From Chrysomallon squamiferum (taxonomy: Eukaryota; Animalia; Mollusca), in the NCBI GenBank assembly GCA_012295275.1, contig CM022679.1, positions 31,434,001 through 31,498,000 of the forward strand: a stretch of DNA of 64,000 nt, written 5' to 3'. Positions within the stretch are counted from its first letter, which is position 1, and each line of letters opens with the position of its first letter. Positions 24,928-37,900 of this stretch are shown here, piece by piece. The translations under genes were made by a program, and so were the position numbers. A model generated the notes under the pieces. That model was not told where the DNA came from. It saw only the letters and a program-made list of their open reading frames with translations, and made no database searches.

Positions 24928-25843
24928 TCATCTCTTCTTGAAGCCGTACTTTTTTCTTTCATAGAACAAATCTGTTTTTGCACTGCCAAGATTCACAATC
25001 TTTGGGCAACCATCTCTCTGTAAATAAATATATATAAAAAAAAAAAAAAATATACAAATAACTTAGAAAGCAAAATAATAAGAAAAATGACAATCATTAA
25101 ATTATTGTATTATTGTATAAAAAAAATCCTTTTATTTCAATAAATAATCTATGCAAGTAACTATAATAGTAAAAATCAAAATGTTGAAGAACAAATGTGT
25201 AAAACAATACTCTTTATCCATTTGAAATAACTTATATGTAATATATAGTTAAACTGAACAAAAGGAATTAACTGTTGTTTTCATTTAAAAGTGCTGAGAA
25301 TAAATATTACATCTTTCTCCATTATAGTACATTCTTTGCAGTAGTAAGCATCAGACACTCCTGGTCCTCCACAAATAACACATCGTCCCTGGTATGAGCC
25401 ATAATTACACTCATCACATATTCGTACAAGTGTGCACGGTCGAACATAGGAATCACAAATCACACATTTCCCATCACCTATAAAAATAAACAAGTTAATA
25501 ACACTTATAAATTTAATTCATAATCAACATCAAGACAATATTTTAATTTTATTTTCAGTGTTGGAAAATGGAAAATGGAAAATTAGCACAACAGCCTTTA
25601 TAGTTGGAGTGAAAAACATAATTATTTCAGATAAAAAAAAATTAAAAAAAAACTCTCTCTATAAATAAAATATAAACAGTATAAAATGACTGTGTATTTT
25701 CAAATTATATGCTTTAAAACTGTTTTCAATTATTAAAAACTTATCAACTTACATTTTTCACATAGCCGTCCAATAGCTGAAATCAGATAAAGAAAGAATG
25801 TAAAATAAATATTGCAAAATAATTACAAAAATCATCTAAATGA

Positions 25844-25877
<34 letters not shown>

Positions 25878-26194
25878 TAATTAACACAAATTTAGACGCC
25901 CTCTTCCCAGTAAAGAACTGCTTTTTATTTTGTAACTGAGTAACTCAGTAACTGCGTAAGTCACTAAGAATCTTAATATTATACTTTATAGTTAGAAGTA
26001 AGATCAGTTGAACTTTTTAAAGTTTCATTATTTTAATTCATTTGTATATGAAATCAGTTTATTAACGTAAGCACTTTGTAGTACAGTATTCTGTGCAAAC
26101 ATATAACATTTATTTGTTAGAAACGAACTGAAAATAACATACCCACGCCCGGTTGTTTGCGACAGAAAATCAAATCCGGATGATGCTTCGCCAT
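24928..26194 (-). CDS. PHF5A: PHD finger-like domain-containing protein 5A (SF3b subunit), 110 aa
   Basis: Exons 26143-26194, 25753-25776 (24 nt), 25311-25477, 24928-25017, totalling 333 nt. Protein [110 protein letters not shown]. Confidence 0.98.
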
Positions 26195-26466
26195 TTTCTG
26201 TAGATGAATTAACTATTGAAATTTAACTCGAAATAGGGATTTAATTAAATAATGAGATTCGTATAGTAATTAGGTAACTGTCATTAATTAAAGGAAGATT
26301 ATTGTTAAATAAACATTTGTAATTGTTGACAGTTGCTTTTTTGTTTGTCCAATTTCTTTCCAAGATATATTTACAGTCCTAAATCCGTGCACAATATAAG
26401 TTTCAATTTTAATATATCAGAAGAAGAAACAACAGGAAAGCACGTTTTCGTTTTCTGTTTGCCAAA
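26195..26466. promoter_or_regulatory. Compact bidirectional promoter between PHF5A and DDX47
   Basis: Divergent ATGs are separated by only 272 bp. A YY1-like CGCCATTTT overlaps the PHF5A start codon; an ETS-like ACAGGAAA lies at about 26432. Confidence 0.7.
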
Positions 26467-26771
26467 ATGTCTGAGGAAGACAGCAACAGTGCTGTAATTG
26501 AATCAACTGAGACTGATGAAAATGTCACATTTAAATCACTGGTTTGTCACACATATACTTTATTGAATATATGATTATTTGTATTATTTTTTCTCCATTA
26601 TTTATACATGATTATGACTATGATGTATAATATTAATAATAATTATAACATACCATGTTGTGTGTATAATCCTGATAATAATATTTGTGCATATTTGTTT
26701 ACTATATTGTTTATTATATTGTTTATTATTTATTATATTGGAAGTATGATATATATAATATAAATATGTAT

Positions 26772-26858
<87 letters not shown>

Positions 26859-29800
26859 ATGTGTGTGTATATGTGCGTGCATATTTAAATACAAGTAAGA
26901 TATTGTTGGCCTGTTTTAGGATTTTTAAAAGTTATAAAAAAGGTCAGAAACCTTTTATTTATTTTATTTTTTAAATTTGATGCTGATTAATAAAACTTCT
27001 CCAATTATTATAAAGTTGATAATGAAATTAACTCATCTTCAGTGTTTCATAAGGCTTGTGGTGTGTAGTTGGTGTTACATTATACTTTCTGTTGTATGAC
27101 TTCTTATTTTATTATTGTTTCTACAGGGTGTTGTTGATGTTCTTTGTGAAGCTTGTGAACTGTTAAAATGGACAAAACCAACAAAAATTCAAAGGGAGGC
27201 AATTCCTGTAGCACTTGCAGGTATACTCACGTCAGCACAAAATTATTAGTTTAATGTTAAACAAATACTGTGAATGCAGAACCATGTTACAAAAGAGGGG
27301 GACTTTTTTAAAGCCAGTTATAAAAATATGTTAAACAAATTATTACTAGATTAATAAGGAAGAAGTTTGCTTTGTAGAAGTTAGAATCGACTATACTAAT
27401 CATAATATTCTGAGAAGTAATACAGATCTGGTTGTTGTTCATCCACTGGATTTTTTGTGTAGAAATGTTTAATAGATAATTAATTTAGCAGATGGAGAAT
27501 AAATTAACTTTTTAGAAAAATAACTTTACACAAGTTTTGTTATTTTCTTGTTTTAGGTCATGATGTTATTGGACTGGCAGAAACAGGGTCAGGTAAAACT
27601 GCCGCATTTGCTCTTCCTATATTACAGAATTTGCTTGAGTCACCACAGAGACTTTATGCTTTGATTCTCACCCCAACAAGAGAACTAGCATTTCAGATAT
27701 CAGAACAGTTCGAAGCTCTAGGATCGACTATTGGAATTAAAACAGGTCAGTTCCTGTGGTCATGCTTCTATGTACATTTGCTTAGGGTGTGTGTGTGTGT
27801 GTGTAAAATAGTAGTGTTGTTGAATTCTGTTTACAATGTTATAATTTAAAATATATATTTAATTTAATATAATTAAAATCATGTTTATTTTATTGTAATT
27901 TAATAGTTAAACTATATATATACTGGTAAATGTAGATTAAATAATAAATAGTTAAATTTTATACCTGATTTTAAACATACAAGACTTCAGTGTTTTCTAA
28001 TTGTTTAACAGGCACTTATATCAGTGGTAAACATGCAAAATTCTGAGTTCTTTCTTTTTAATAATTTGTAGTTTTTTGGCTTGTGTTTTTAATATGCATG
28101 TATGTCTGTAAGACTTCAATATGCAGATACAGATATTGAAAATAGTTGTAGGAAACAATCTTTGTATTATTTTGATATTAATAATTAAATAATGATTTCA
28201 GCTGTGATTGTTGGTGGGATAGACAATATGACTCAGGCACTGACACTTGCCAAAAAGCCACACATAATCATTGGTAAGAGAATATATATATTTTTATTCT
28301 GAACACCTTTAATAAAGTGTATTAATCACCTGTAGTAATTTATGTTAGTAATATTAATATATCTTCAGTAGCTAATATAATATGTGTGGATGTTACCATT
28401 TTAACTGATCATAAACAACATTTAAATACGTAACATGACAAATGAATTAAATAATTAAAACATTTTTAAAATAATGCTGTTTGGGTAACACCTGTTCTAG
28501 TTAACATCTGAAAATATCTGTTGACCAATAAATGTTTATTTTAAATAATTATTTTTGCATATATTTTTGATTATGGATGTCCACTTTGCAATTAGATACA
28601 TATGGTTTGTTCTTGAAAATAAAAACATTGGAAGCTCACTTTATTTATTGTTTTTCATTTTTCATTGTTTCAGCTACTCCTGGTAGATTGATTGATCATC
28701 TTGAAAATACAAAAGGTTTCAGCCTTAGAACTTTAAAATATCTGGTAAATTTTCATTTATTACTTCAGATAACTTTTGATAATCACTAAGTTTATGAAAC
28801 ACTTTTCTAATAATACATTTACATTCAGGATCCACAGTTATGTATTATTATCATCAGTTATTTTTATTTAACAGTACTATACATTTTCAAAATAATTATT
28901 TCTTTAAAATTTTATTATTTGTATTATTCTGATGACATATTAGACAAAAAACAACAAAACAAAACAAACAAATTTAAATATGTTTTGTGTTGTTATTATT
29001 ATTATTTTTTTTTTTTTTTTTCAGGTTATGGATGAAGCTGACAGAATATTAAACATGGATTTTGAACAAGAGGTATATTTCCTGGGTCTTATTTGTACAT
29101 CATAATTAATAAAATATTAATACAAACACCAACTGCTTATATGATTTTTTTATATTTTAAAATGTATTTTAAACAAAGTGTTGTCTATGTGATGTAAATC
29201 TTTAATTGTACATATATTTTTTTTTTTTTTTTTCTCCCAGGTTGACAAGCTTTTAAAAGTTATTCCTAGAGAGAGACGGACATACCTGTATTCAGCCACA
29301 ATGACAAAAAAAGTAAGAATTATTTAATTTTTGATTACAGGAACAAATCATCTAAAAAATAATTTGATTTTATTTTTTTGAAGTTTAAAAGTGAAAAAAT
29401 AATTTTAATTTCTAACTTCAGGTTGACTTTAATAAAAATATTCTGCTACACTAATATCTAAATTTATGTGGTTCAATAAAGTCACCAGGAAAAAACAAAA
29501 GGGATAAAAAAAATGAAGATTAAATATATATATTTTATGTTGTTTATATTCTTCGTCAAATGCAGATCAGGCACAGTTGTAATGTATACTGCAGTAAATG
29601 TATGTGTATTGAACTGCAGTTGGTAAATGTGTATTGAACTGCAGTTGATGAATGTGTATTTAACTGGACATAGTAAATATGTATTGAAGTGCAACCAGTC
29701 AGTGTTTATTTGAATGCAGATAGGTTGAATAGTTACAAGTTACAGTCAGGGGAGTGGTGGGTGTGCATCAGTGTGTGTATTGGCTGATATCAGTTAATAG

Positions 29801-32800
29801 GTACTGAAATACAGTTGTACACCTTCATTAGTAGTTAGCTCTATCTTATTTGTACCTGTGAGCCTCATCAGTCTGTAATTGCTTGTACTTTTTCTGAATA
29901 GTTTTCAAGTCACTTGAAAGGAAATATATTGTTTTATTTGATAACCAACTCACAAAAATCTTTCACTTGTCTTTTATCATCTCCATTTTTAAATTCAACC
30001 AAGGCAATTGTTTAGAGAGTATACATGTATTTTTTATTATATTTTGAAGAAAATGGATTAAAAATTTAATTAAATATTCTTGATAATACATAATAGAAGA
30101 AATCAAATCAACATTTTTGAGTGTTTTAAATGTTTCTATGTTAGAAAATCTGTTTTTAAATTCATCACTTAAAAAACTAAGTAAAAACCTGACATGCATT
30201 TTTCAGGTTGCCAAACTTCAAAGAGCCTCCTTAAGCAATCCAGTCAAAGTAGAAGTTTCAACAAAATACCAAACAGTTGAAAAACTGCAGCAGTCATACA
30301 TATTCATTCCAGTCAAGTTCAAGGTCAGTTTCTTTTATTTCTATCAATGGATTGGAAATTTAAAACAATATATTTACATATCAAGGAATGCAAAAGAAAT
30401 TTATATACAAATTTTAAAATTTATTATAGTCTTTTTTGTCTGTTTTAAATAAATAAATAAATAAATAAATAGTAATATAAAACTTAAGAATAAAGTGGAT
30501 AAATCTTGCCAGTAAAAGAGAAATGCATATGAACAGACACACACGAAAGTAAAACTAAATGAAATTAAAAACAAATAAAAATAAATAATAAATAAAATAG
30601 ATGGATGGAATGTAACATAGAATTAACAGGTCCACAGTTCTTGCAGTAGGTTGTTGTTTGTTGTTAAGTTTCAAAAAAAAATTAAACTATATTTTACAGG
30701 ATGTATATTTAGTCTACATTCTGAATGAGCTGGCAGGCAATTCGTTTATAATTTTCTGCAGTACATGTGCCAACACACAGCGAGTTGCTTTGATGCTCAG
30801 AAATCTTGGATTTACAGCCATACCCCTGCATGGACAGATGAGTCAGGTTTGTTACGTTTTTACATCATCATTTTTCAGTTCCATAATCACTGTAACAGTA
30901 TGATAGACATATCAGTTCTTTTCCAGTTCAGCCTGTGTTTCCCCCTACAGCTGCATCATATTTCACAAAACTGGATTTGTCAGACATTCTCTGTTTTTGT
31001 TTCTTTGTCAGAATATCTGTGTAAACTTCATGTATTTAACATTTTATTTCTGTTTGTATACTATTAATACTAGAGAATCTTTTTTATTTATTTTTCAGGC
31101 TAGAAGATTGGGATCTTTAAACAAATTCAAAAGTAAAAACCGGTCTATTCTCATAGCCACTGATGTAGCCAGCAGGTTGGTTATTTTCTTATCAGTCTGT
31201 TCACTAATTTTATTAAGATCAATCATATTAATCTTAATATTATAAAGCTGAGCTGTTGATCAAATTAATCCAGAAAATCAGTGTTACTGATTTTCCTCCT
31301 GCTTTTATCATCATAAAATGTCTCGTGATGGGACATTCCTTAATAAACATTTAGTAAGATTTCAAATAAATTTAATACATTTAAAATTTCAACGATTTAG
31401 ACATTGTTCACACTGATGTCATTGAAAACTTCAGAAATTTTAGTATTTTAAGATTTCAAGGATTTAGACATGCTGCATGTTGATTTTATTATTTGTTGTT
31501 TCAGGTTTTAAGGTATTTCACATTTTCGTGTTATTATTTAAAATTTCAGGGGTTTAGATATTCCTCATGTTGATGTGATTATTAATCTGGACATCCCCAC
31601 TCACTCTAAGGATTACATACATAGAGTAGGCCGAACTGCTCGAGCAGGAAGATCGGGAAAAGCAATCACATTTGTTACACAGTGAGTACAGTCAGCACTT
31701 GATGTTCATACATTTTTTTACTAATCTTTTAATGGCAGGTAAATGGAAGTGGTAGTAAAATAATTTGAGAGTTATGGGAACCAGTTAACAATGGATTGAA
31801 TGGATAAAGAATTAAACTATCAGCCTGCACTAGTAGATCACCATATTTTCAAACAAAAGTATTGTGTTGACAAAAGATTATTTGCAATAAATCAGCCATG
31901 TTTTATAAAATATTGGTGAATTAATGTCTTTAAAAAATTTCAAAACTAATTATTGGCAGTGAGAGTAAGTATCTTGGATTCTGGTAATATTTGAAATGTC
32001 CTATGGGTGTCTCCTATTAAACAGCGAGTTTTTTAATCACTAATGTACATATATAAACATTTTAAGAAGCTCAAAACACCCCAAGTTATATTTGTTGTAC
32101 CTAGTACAAATATGAGTTTTATTCATTATTGTGTTGTGAATTGGTATGCAAATTTCAGTGATCTCTATTTATTTCTAAAACATATCCCTTTATTTTGTTA
32201 TTGGTAAAGTAATTTAATATTAGGCACAGCAGAAATTAATTTTTACGCATTCTATTTATTTATTTAATTTTTTGTTAAAGATACGATGTTGAGCTGTACC
32301 AGAGGATAGAACATCTAATAGGGAAGCAGCTGCCATTATTTAAAACAGAAGAAGAGGAAGTTATGTTACTCATGGAGAGAGTCAGTGAGGCACAGAGACA
32401 TGCAAAAATGGTAGGCTATAATCATTAATTTTAAAGAAATTTTTTTAAATTACATCTTTTCATATGCACAGATAATGTAATAAGTTATAGGATTTTAGTG
32501 AATGAAAAAAAAATAATTTCTTTTCCCAGCACTGATGCAGATAAAATTGCAGTGTTAAAATACTTCCTTCTGAAATTGAAATTTTATTTATGAAGAAAAA
32601 TTAATTACTGCTAACATAGGATTGTCATGTTGATAATTTATTCCATGAAACCTATTAGTATTGAAAATCTTTTATTCTATTGTTCCATTTTGATAATAAC
32701 TGTAACAAATTAATTTACCATTTGGTGTATTTTATATGTCTACAGTTAGATGTGGTAAAGAGACAAAAATAATTTCAAAATGTTAAAATATGTCATTTTG

Positions 32801-32923
32801 TAGGAGATGAGTGATGGAGTTCAGGGAAAGAAGAAGAAACGCCATCACCATGACGATGATGATGATGACATGGAGGAATCTAGAGGAGTGAGGAAGAAAT
32901 TTAAGAAGAGAAACAAATATTGA
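26467..32923 (+). CDS. DDX47: DEAD-box RNA helicase DDX47/Rrp3
   Basis: Exons 26467-26541, 27127-27220, 27557-27745, 28202-28273, 28674-28744, 29025-29072, 29241-29312, 30207-30323, 30700-30846, 31099-31175, 31550-31681, 32281-32410, 32804-32923 (TGA). Motifs: [10 protein letters not shown] (Q motif), [102 protein letters not shown] at 32941. Confidence 0.96.
26774..26855. repeat. (CT)n microsatellite in DDX47 intron 1
   Basis: Direct inspection. Confidence 0.95.
29570..29725. repeat. ~24-bp minisatellite (ATGTGTATTGAACTGCAGTTGRTRA) in a DDX47 intron
   Basis: atgtgtattgaactgcagttg occurs twice, flanked by several decayed copies. Confidence 0.75.
31326..31583 (+). repeat. Degenerate tandem copies of a DDX47 3' splice site plus exon start
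   Basis: Real junction aaaatttcag|gggtttagatattcctcatgttgatgtgattatt. Upstream copies: aaaatttcaacgatttagacattgttcacactgatgtcatt (31383), agatttcaaggatttagacatgctgcatgttgattttattatt (31451), tttcaggttttaaggtatttcacatt (31499). Confidence 0.72.
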
Positions 32924-34239
32924 CAATGTTGTAAATGTTGAATAAAATATTTTTATGCAGCTGAAATCTTGCTTAAATCCTTTAGGATTGTTTAGATGAC
33001 GACAAAACACATTCATCTGTTCAAATATGGCTGAACAACTGGAAATCTGAAGAAGAAAAATGCAAGAAAATCTGACAATTTTTATTTTGCAGACCAAAAT
33101 AAAGCCAAATGAGTGATGCAGTCTTTGCAAATTTCTTAGTTGCATTGTTGCACACTTTGGAAATACATGGTAACTTCATGATGCATTTTCAGATCATTCT
33201 AAATTTGTAAACATTTTATCTTTATTACAGAAGAATGGGTGAACAAATTTTACTGCTGAAAATTGTATTGTTAACTGAAAGTAATAATGAAAACATAAAT
33301 TAGCACATAAAGTATCAGTTTCCTGAAACATAACAGTTAATTTTTAATAGTAATGTGATACAAAGGACACCCAATTGTGCTACCTACCTTTCTTAAAATA
33401 AACTAACCCATTTATAAGCAAAATTATGATAAATTATTAATTATGCATAAATTCAGAAATCAAGTTGATAAAGTGAAATGTTATAAAATAATAGTTAAAA
33501 AAAGAAAACTAAAAAAAAAAGATTACCTTTGTTAGGAAGTGGAATGGAAACTGTTATGGCTAATGTACGTTTCATCTGTACTATGGTCTAAATACATTTT
33601 GTATACTTGTTAGTGATTGTCTTATTCGATACCTGTGACGTATCTGTACTACTGATAAATTATCACAATAAAATAACAAGATACATAAAATCTGTTCTGT
33701 TTTTTCTTTACCTCATAAGAAAAAGATCAGCAGACATACACTCACAAAAACCTAATAAATCCTTACAAAGTTTTTTAAGTCTGTCAGATATTGTTATATA
33801 TCTTGATTGTTGAAGTAATGCCATAAGAAAAAAAATCTCAGATGCAATGCATCTTCACAAACTTGTAATTTTAAGTTATATTTTTCTAGTTACAGACTGC
33901 CTCCTATATGCATATATTAACCAAATTTTGTTTGAGGTGTATATATGCTGTATCTTTTAATAGATTCAGTTTTAGGCTCCATTTGATATGAGATAGAACT
34001 AGGTCAGGAAATCCCAGTTGATGTATCAGTTTGTTGAAGTACAGTATTAAATACCCATTTTTTTTATAAATGAACTGAGAACACAAGGTGACATTATTGT
34101 AATGGAAAGGGGATGTCATTATCAGTCAAATTATTTATGAAATTATCAGGATTTTCCAACAGGCATGCATCATTTTTAGAGAGAGAGAGAGATAGATAGA
34201 GAAAACAATTCTAATTCGTCATATTTTATTACCTTTTAC

Positions 34240-34365
34240 ATATTCGGTAATCATCGGTATTTTCCGCGTTTAACGAAAATATCCGATTTATTCCGACCGA
34301 TATTCTTTCCTTGACGTAGTTCCTGTTTTCTGAAATCGGCTGCTTTTGGATAGTAGCTGAAAACA
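34240..34365 (+). promoter_or_regulatory. Probable HID1 promoter
   Basis: Local CpG enrichment directly upstream of the ATG, with TGACGT (CRE half-site) next to TTCCTG (ETS-like). Confidence 0.5.
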
Positions 34366-34892
34366 ATGGGAAATGCAGATACCAAACTCAATTTCAGAAA
34401 AGCTGTCATTCAGTTAACAACTAAAACACAGGTACTATCAAATAAATTAACTGTCAGATTTTTATGTTACTAGGTTTGTGTAGTTTCAGTTTTCTATGTC
34501 AGGTTCGAAACAAGATTTTCACTCATTTTCTGCCGAGCACTGACCAAATTAATCAATAAAGTAGCTCTATATTTGAACCATATCAGTTTATCTACCATAT
34601 GTCATTGTACCTTTGTCTCTTAAATGTTTTATCTTTTTGAATTTTATTTATAAATATATTCATGTATGATGTAATCTCCATAATGTTAATAATCATGTAC
34701 AAATCCTGCTGCAACCAATGCGATTGCGACGCATCTTGTTATCAATATAATTGAATATGACATTGACTGGTACTAGTAGTGGTATGTGATTTCTTATCAA
34801 TGAACGATACTTTCCTGACTGATAAGAGAAACTTCTGATATGGTGGCAGTCGGTTTTCTCTCGTGCTATAAATGGGGGAAAAAAGAAGCTCC

Positions 34893-34990
<98 letters not shown>

Positions 34991-37900
34991 AATTCAACAA
35001 AATTATTATTTGTATTAACATTAATTTATTCATACTCATTAACTAGTTTAATGTACCTCTCGTGCCAGTGATTACAAGCAACCTCTCCAAGAACTTTCAT
35101 TTTAAATATATTTTCTCAGCAGATACTCTCAGTTGCCAATCTAAGGCCTGTTTATTTTTATTATTATATCATACTTGTATAACATCCTTTCCATACTAAG
35201 TATGTTCAAGGTTGCTTTACAGTGTGAAATGATAAACTAAAATGTTTACTGCAGGAAGAGTTGTTCAAGGCATTGTACATATTGAACAGGAGCTTATACT
35301 GTATCCTAGAACTGGCAAAAGGTGATTGTAGCATGAGATCTTGGTCATAATGTGTGTTGCTGTATTCTGGACCTGTTGTAATTTGTTGAGCAAACTGTGT
35401 AGTAATCCACATCAAAAGTCCAGTCATAACACCACAGGTTCATTCCCCAGGATTTTTGTGGCAACAGTTCAGATACTTCTGTTTCAATGCTTCCAGGTCT
35501 CATTGAATGTTTTTTTTTTTCTTGTTTTTAATTATATCCTGGCTTTGGACAATCACCATTCTCTAGTGTGTCCACACATATAAACAAAAAACCCCAGACA
35601 TGAGACATTCAGCTCTGGTCAGTCAGCAACTTTCAGCTGACCATAAAAGTTTATAAGCCACCTTATAATGGAGTAATAATTTTTAGGGAAATTCCTCAGA
35701 TCACCACTTTTATGACATTGCCTTTAATTCACAGATACTTACATTCTTATTTTAATAATCTTTGATCTGTCATCCTTCTGTTTGCCAGTCATTAAAATTA
35801 TATACCAAATGTGAATTTTTACAGCAAAATAAAACAAATAATTTGAATATACTTATTAATTTGTTTTTGTCTTGATACAAACTAAAGCTGATTAAAGCTG
35901 TCTTATTTTAAGTGGTGAAAAGCAAATAGCTGATTATTACTTTTCAGCACTAGACTCACATCTTATTGTATTTATTAACATGATCAGCATTTAATAGATT
36001 TAAAATCCTCAAAATTATAATAAAGTCATATGCTGTAATGTTAACCATTTGATTTTGCAAACTAATAACTTAATATTAAATTATTTTTTTATCACTGTTT
36101 AATGTTTTAGTTTTTAGTTTTATAATTTTATATTTATGCTAAAATATCACTAGGTGCAAAAATCATAGAATATATTTGTAATTAATTACTGTATATTTCT
36201 TTTGATTTAGCCAATTGAGGCAAATGATGAAGCTTTCTGGGAGCAGTTTTGGTCAGAGAGTGTGACTTGTGTACAGGATGTATTTACACTGATACCAGCA
36301 GCTGAGATCAGAGCTCTGAGAGAAGAGTCTCCATCAAATTTGGCAACACTTTGCTACAAGGCAGTGGAAAAATTAGTTGCTGCAGCAGAAAGTGGCTGTC
36401 CTTCACATAGAGAACAACAAACAGGTATATGGTTTTGCATTTAAAATTATAACACAAGTGAAAAAAAAAAAAAAAAAATAACAGTAGTATTAAAGAAATT
36501 TTAAAATGTGCCTTATTTGAAGAATTTCGGTGCTTTGTAATTTGACAGTTTAATTATTTCAAGGAAATTTAGATGAATTGTTTTATTCTCTGGTAATAAA
36601 AATATTTCATAAATTCTAAATAATTTTAAAAACTGGACTGCAAAATGATGAAATATGTTTTTTTTTTTTTCAGTATTAAACTGTGTACGTCTTCTAACCA
36701 GGATATTGCCATACATTTTTGAAGATCCAGATTGGCGAGGATTTTTCTGGTCCACACTTCCTAGTCATGGAGAAGAAGGGGAGGTAATTTAGTTCATATC
36801 TGAATGTGATTTGTCATGTTACTCTTTTAAAAAAATTAAAACAGAATTAATCGATAATTAATATATGATATGTTAATCAACCCGATTTTTAGATATAAAT
36901 AATTAACATTCAGTTTGGAAAAACAATATTTTTGGATCATTTGACTTTTGTGTCTATATTTATTTTACTAATGTATTTTGTTTCTACAGGCTGAAAGTCC
37001 ACCACTGGCCCAGAGTTTGCTCAATGCTTTGTCTGTAAGTAATGTTTGTAGTAAAACTAAATAATTCTTGGATATTATGATTTTGTATTAAATATTCTTT
37101 AACCCAGCAACAAAAACCCCAAAACTAACAACAATAACATTAGTTTACCACCATGAGGAGATTTATAATATGTAGATCACAAGAAAAAAAGAAAATGGTA
37201 TGGGTTTTTTTGTGATTTAGATAGTTTAGTTTATTATGTTTACTATGCTTGACAATATTGAAAATAATATAAAAGTTGATTAATACAAATTAATACATGT
37301 TTGTTTTGTTGTTTTCTAAAATTAGGATTTGCTGTTTTGTCCAGAATTCACAGTATCATCTAACAGAAAGCAGGGACCTGTAAGTATTAGAGTAAGAAAT
37401 AATGTATTATAACATAACTGACATTAGATAATGAGAACTAAAATTCTTGTTTTAACAGTGTATTTTTATACACTGTCTTACCTTTCATCTTCATACCATC
37501 TACATATAAATATAGGTTTGCAAGTCATTTCATTTACATAGAATTATAGTTACATAAAGATTAAAATACATTACATTCTGTATTTAAAGTAATAAAAACA
37601 AATCATTGAAGTTTAGTTTTATATGCACAATTTACAGGGAAATATTTACATATTCATTCAGCTGTCAGTAAAAATAAATGGATGTATATCTTTTTTAAGG
37701 ATAATCCAGAAGACATGATGTCTATAGACAGCTGTGAATACATATGGGAAGCTGGTGTTGGATTTGCACACTCTCCTCCACACAACAGTTACCATGAACA
37801 AAACAGAACTGACATTCTCAAACTCTTACTGACCTGTTTCTCTGAGACCATGTATCTTCCACCAGTTGGTGAGATTGTTACTATCATTTAACTGTTAATC

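Noticed and set aside
26615-26680. Possible C/D-box snoRNA in DDX47 intron 1 (ATGATG...CTGA)
   Set aside because: Imperfect C box, too short, extremely AT-rich, and no recognisable guide.
29073-29240. GTATAT/GTATAC donors as possible U12 introns (also 27221 and 36425)
   Set aside because: They lack the TATCCT core and a U12 branch site and have ordinary polypyrimidine tracts.
32921-32941. TGA-CAA readthrough-like context at the DDX47 stop
   Set aside because: The next in-frame TGA follows after five codons; there is no supporting evidence.
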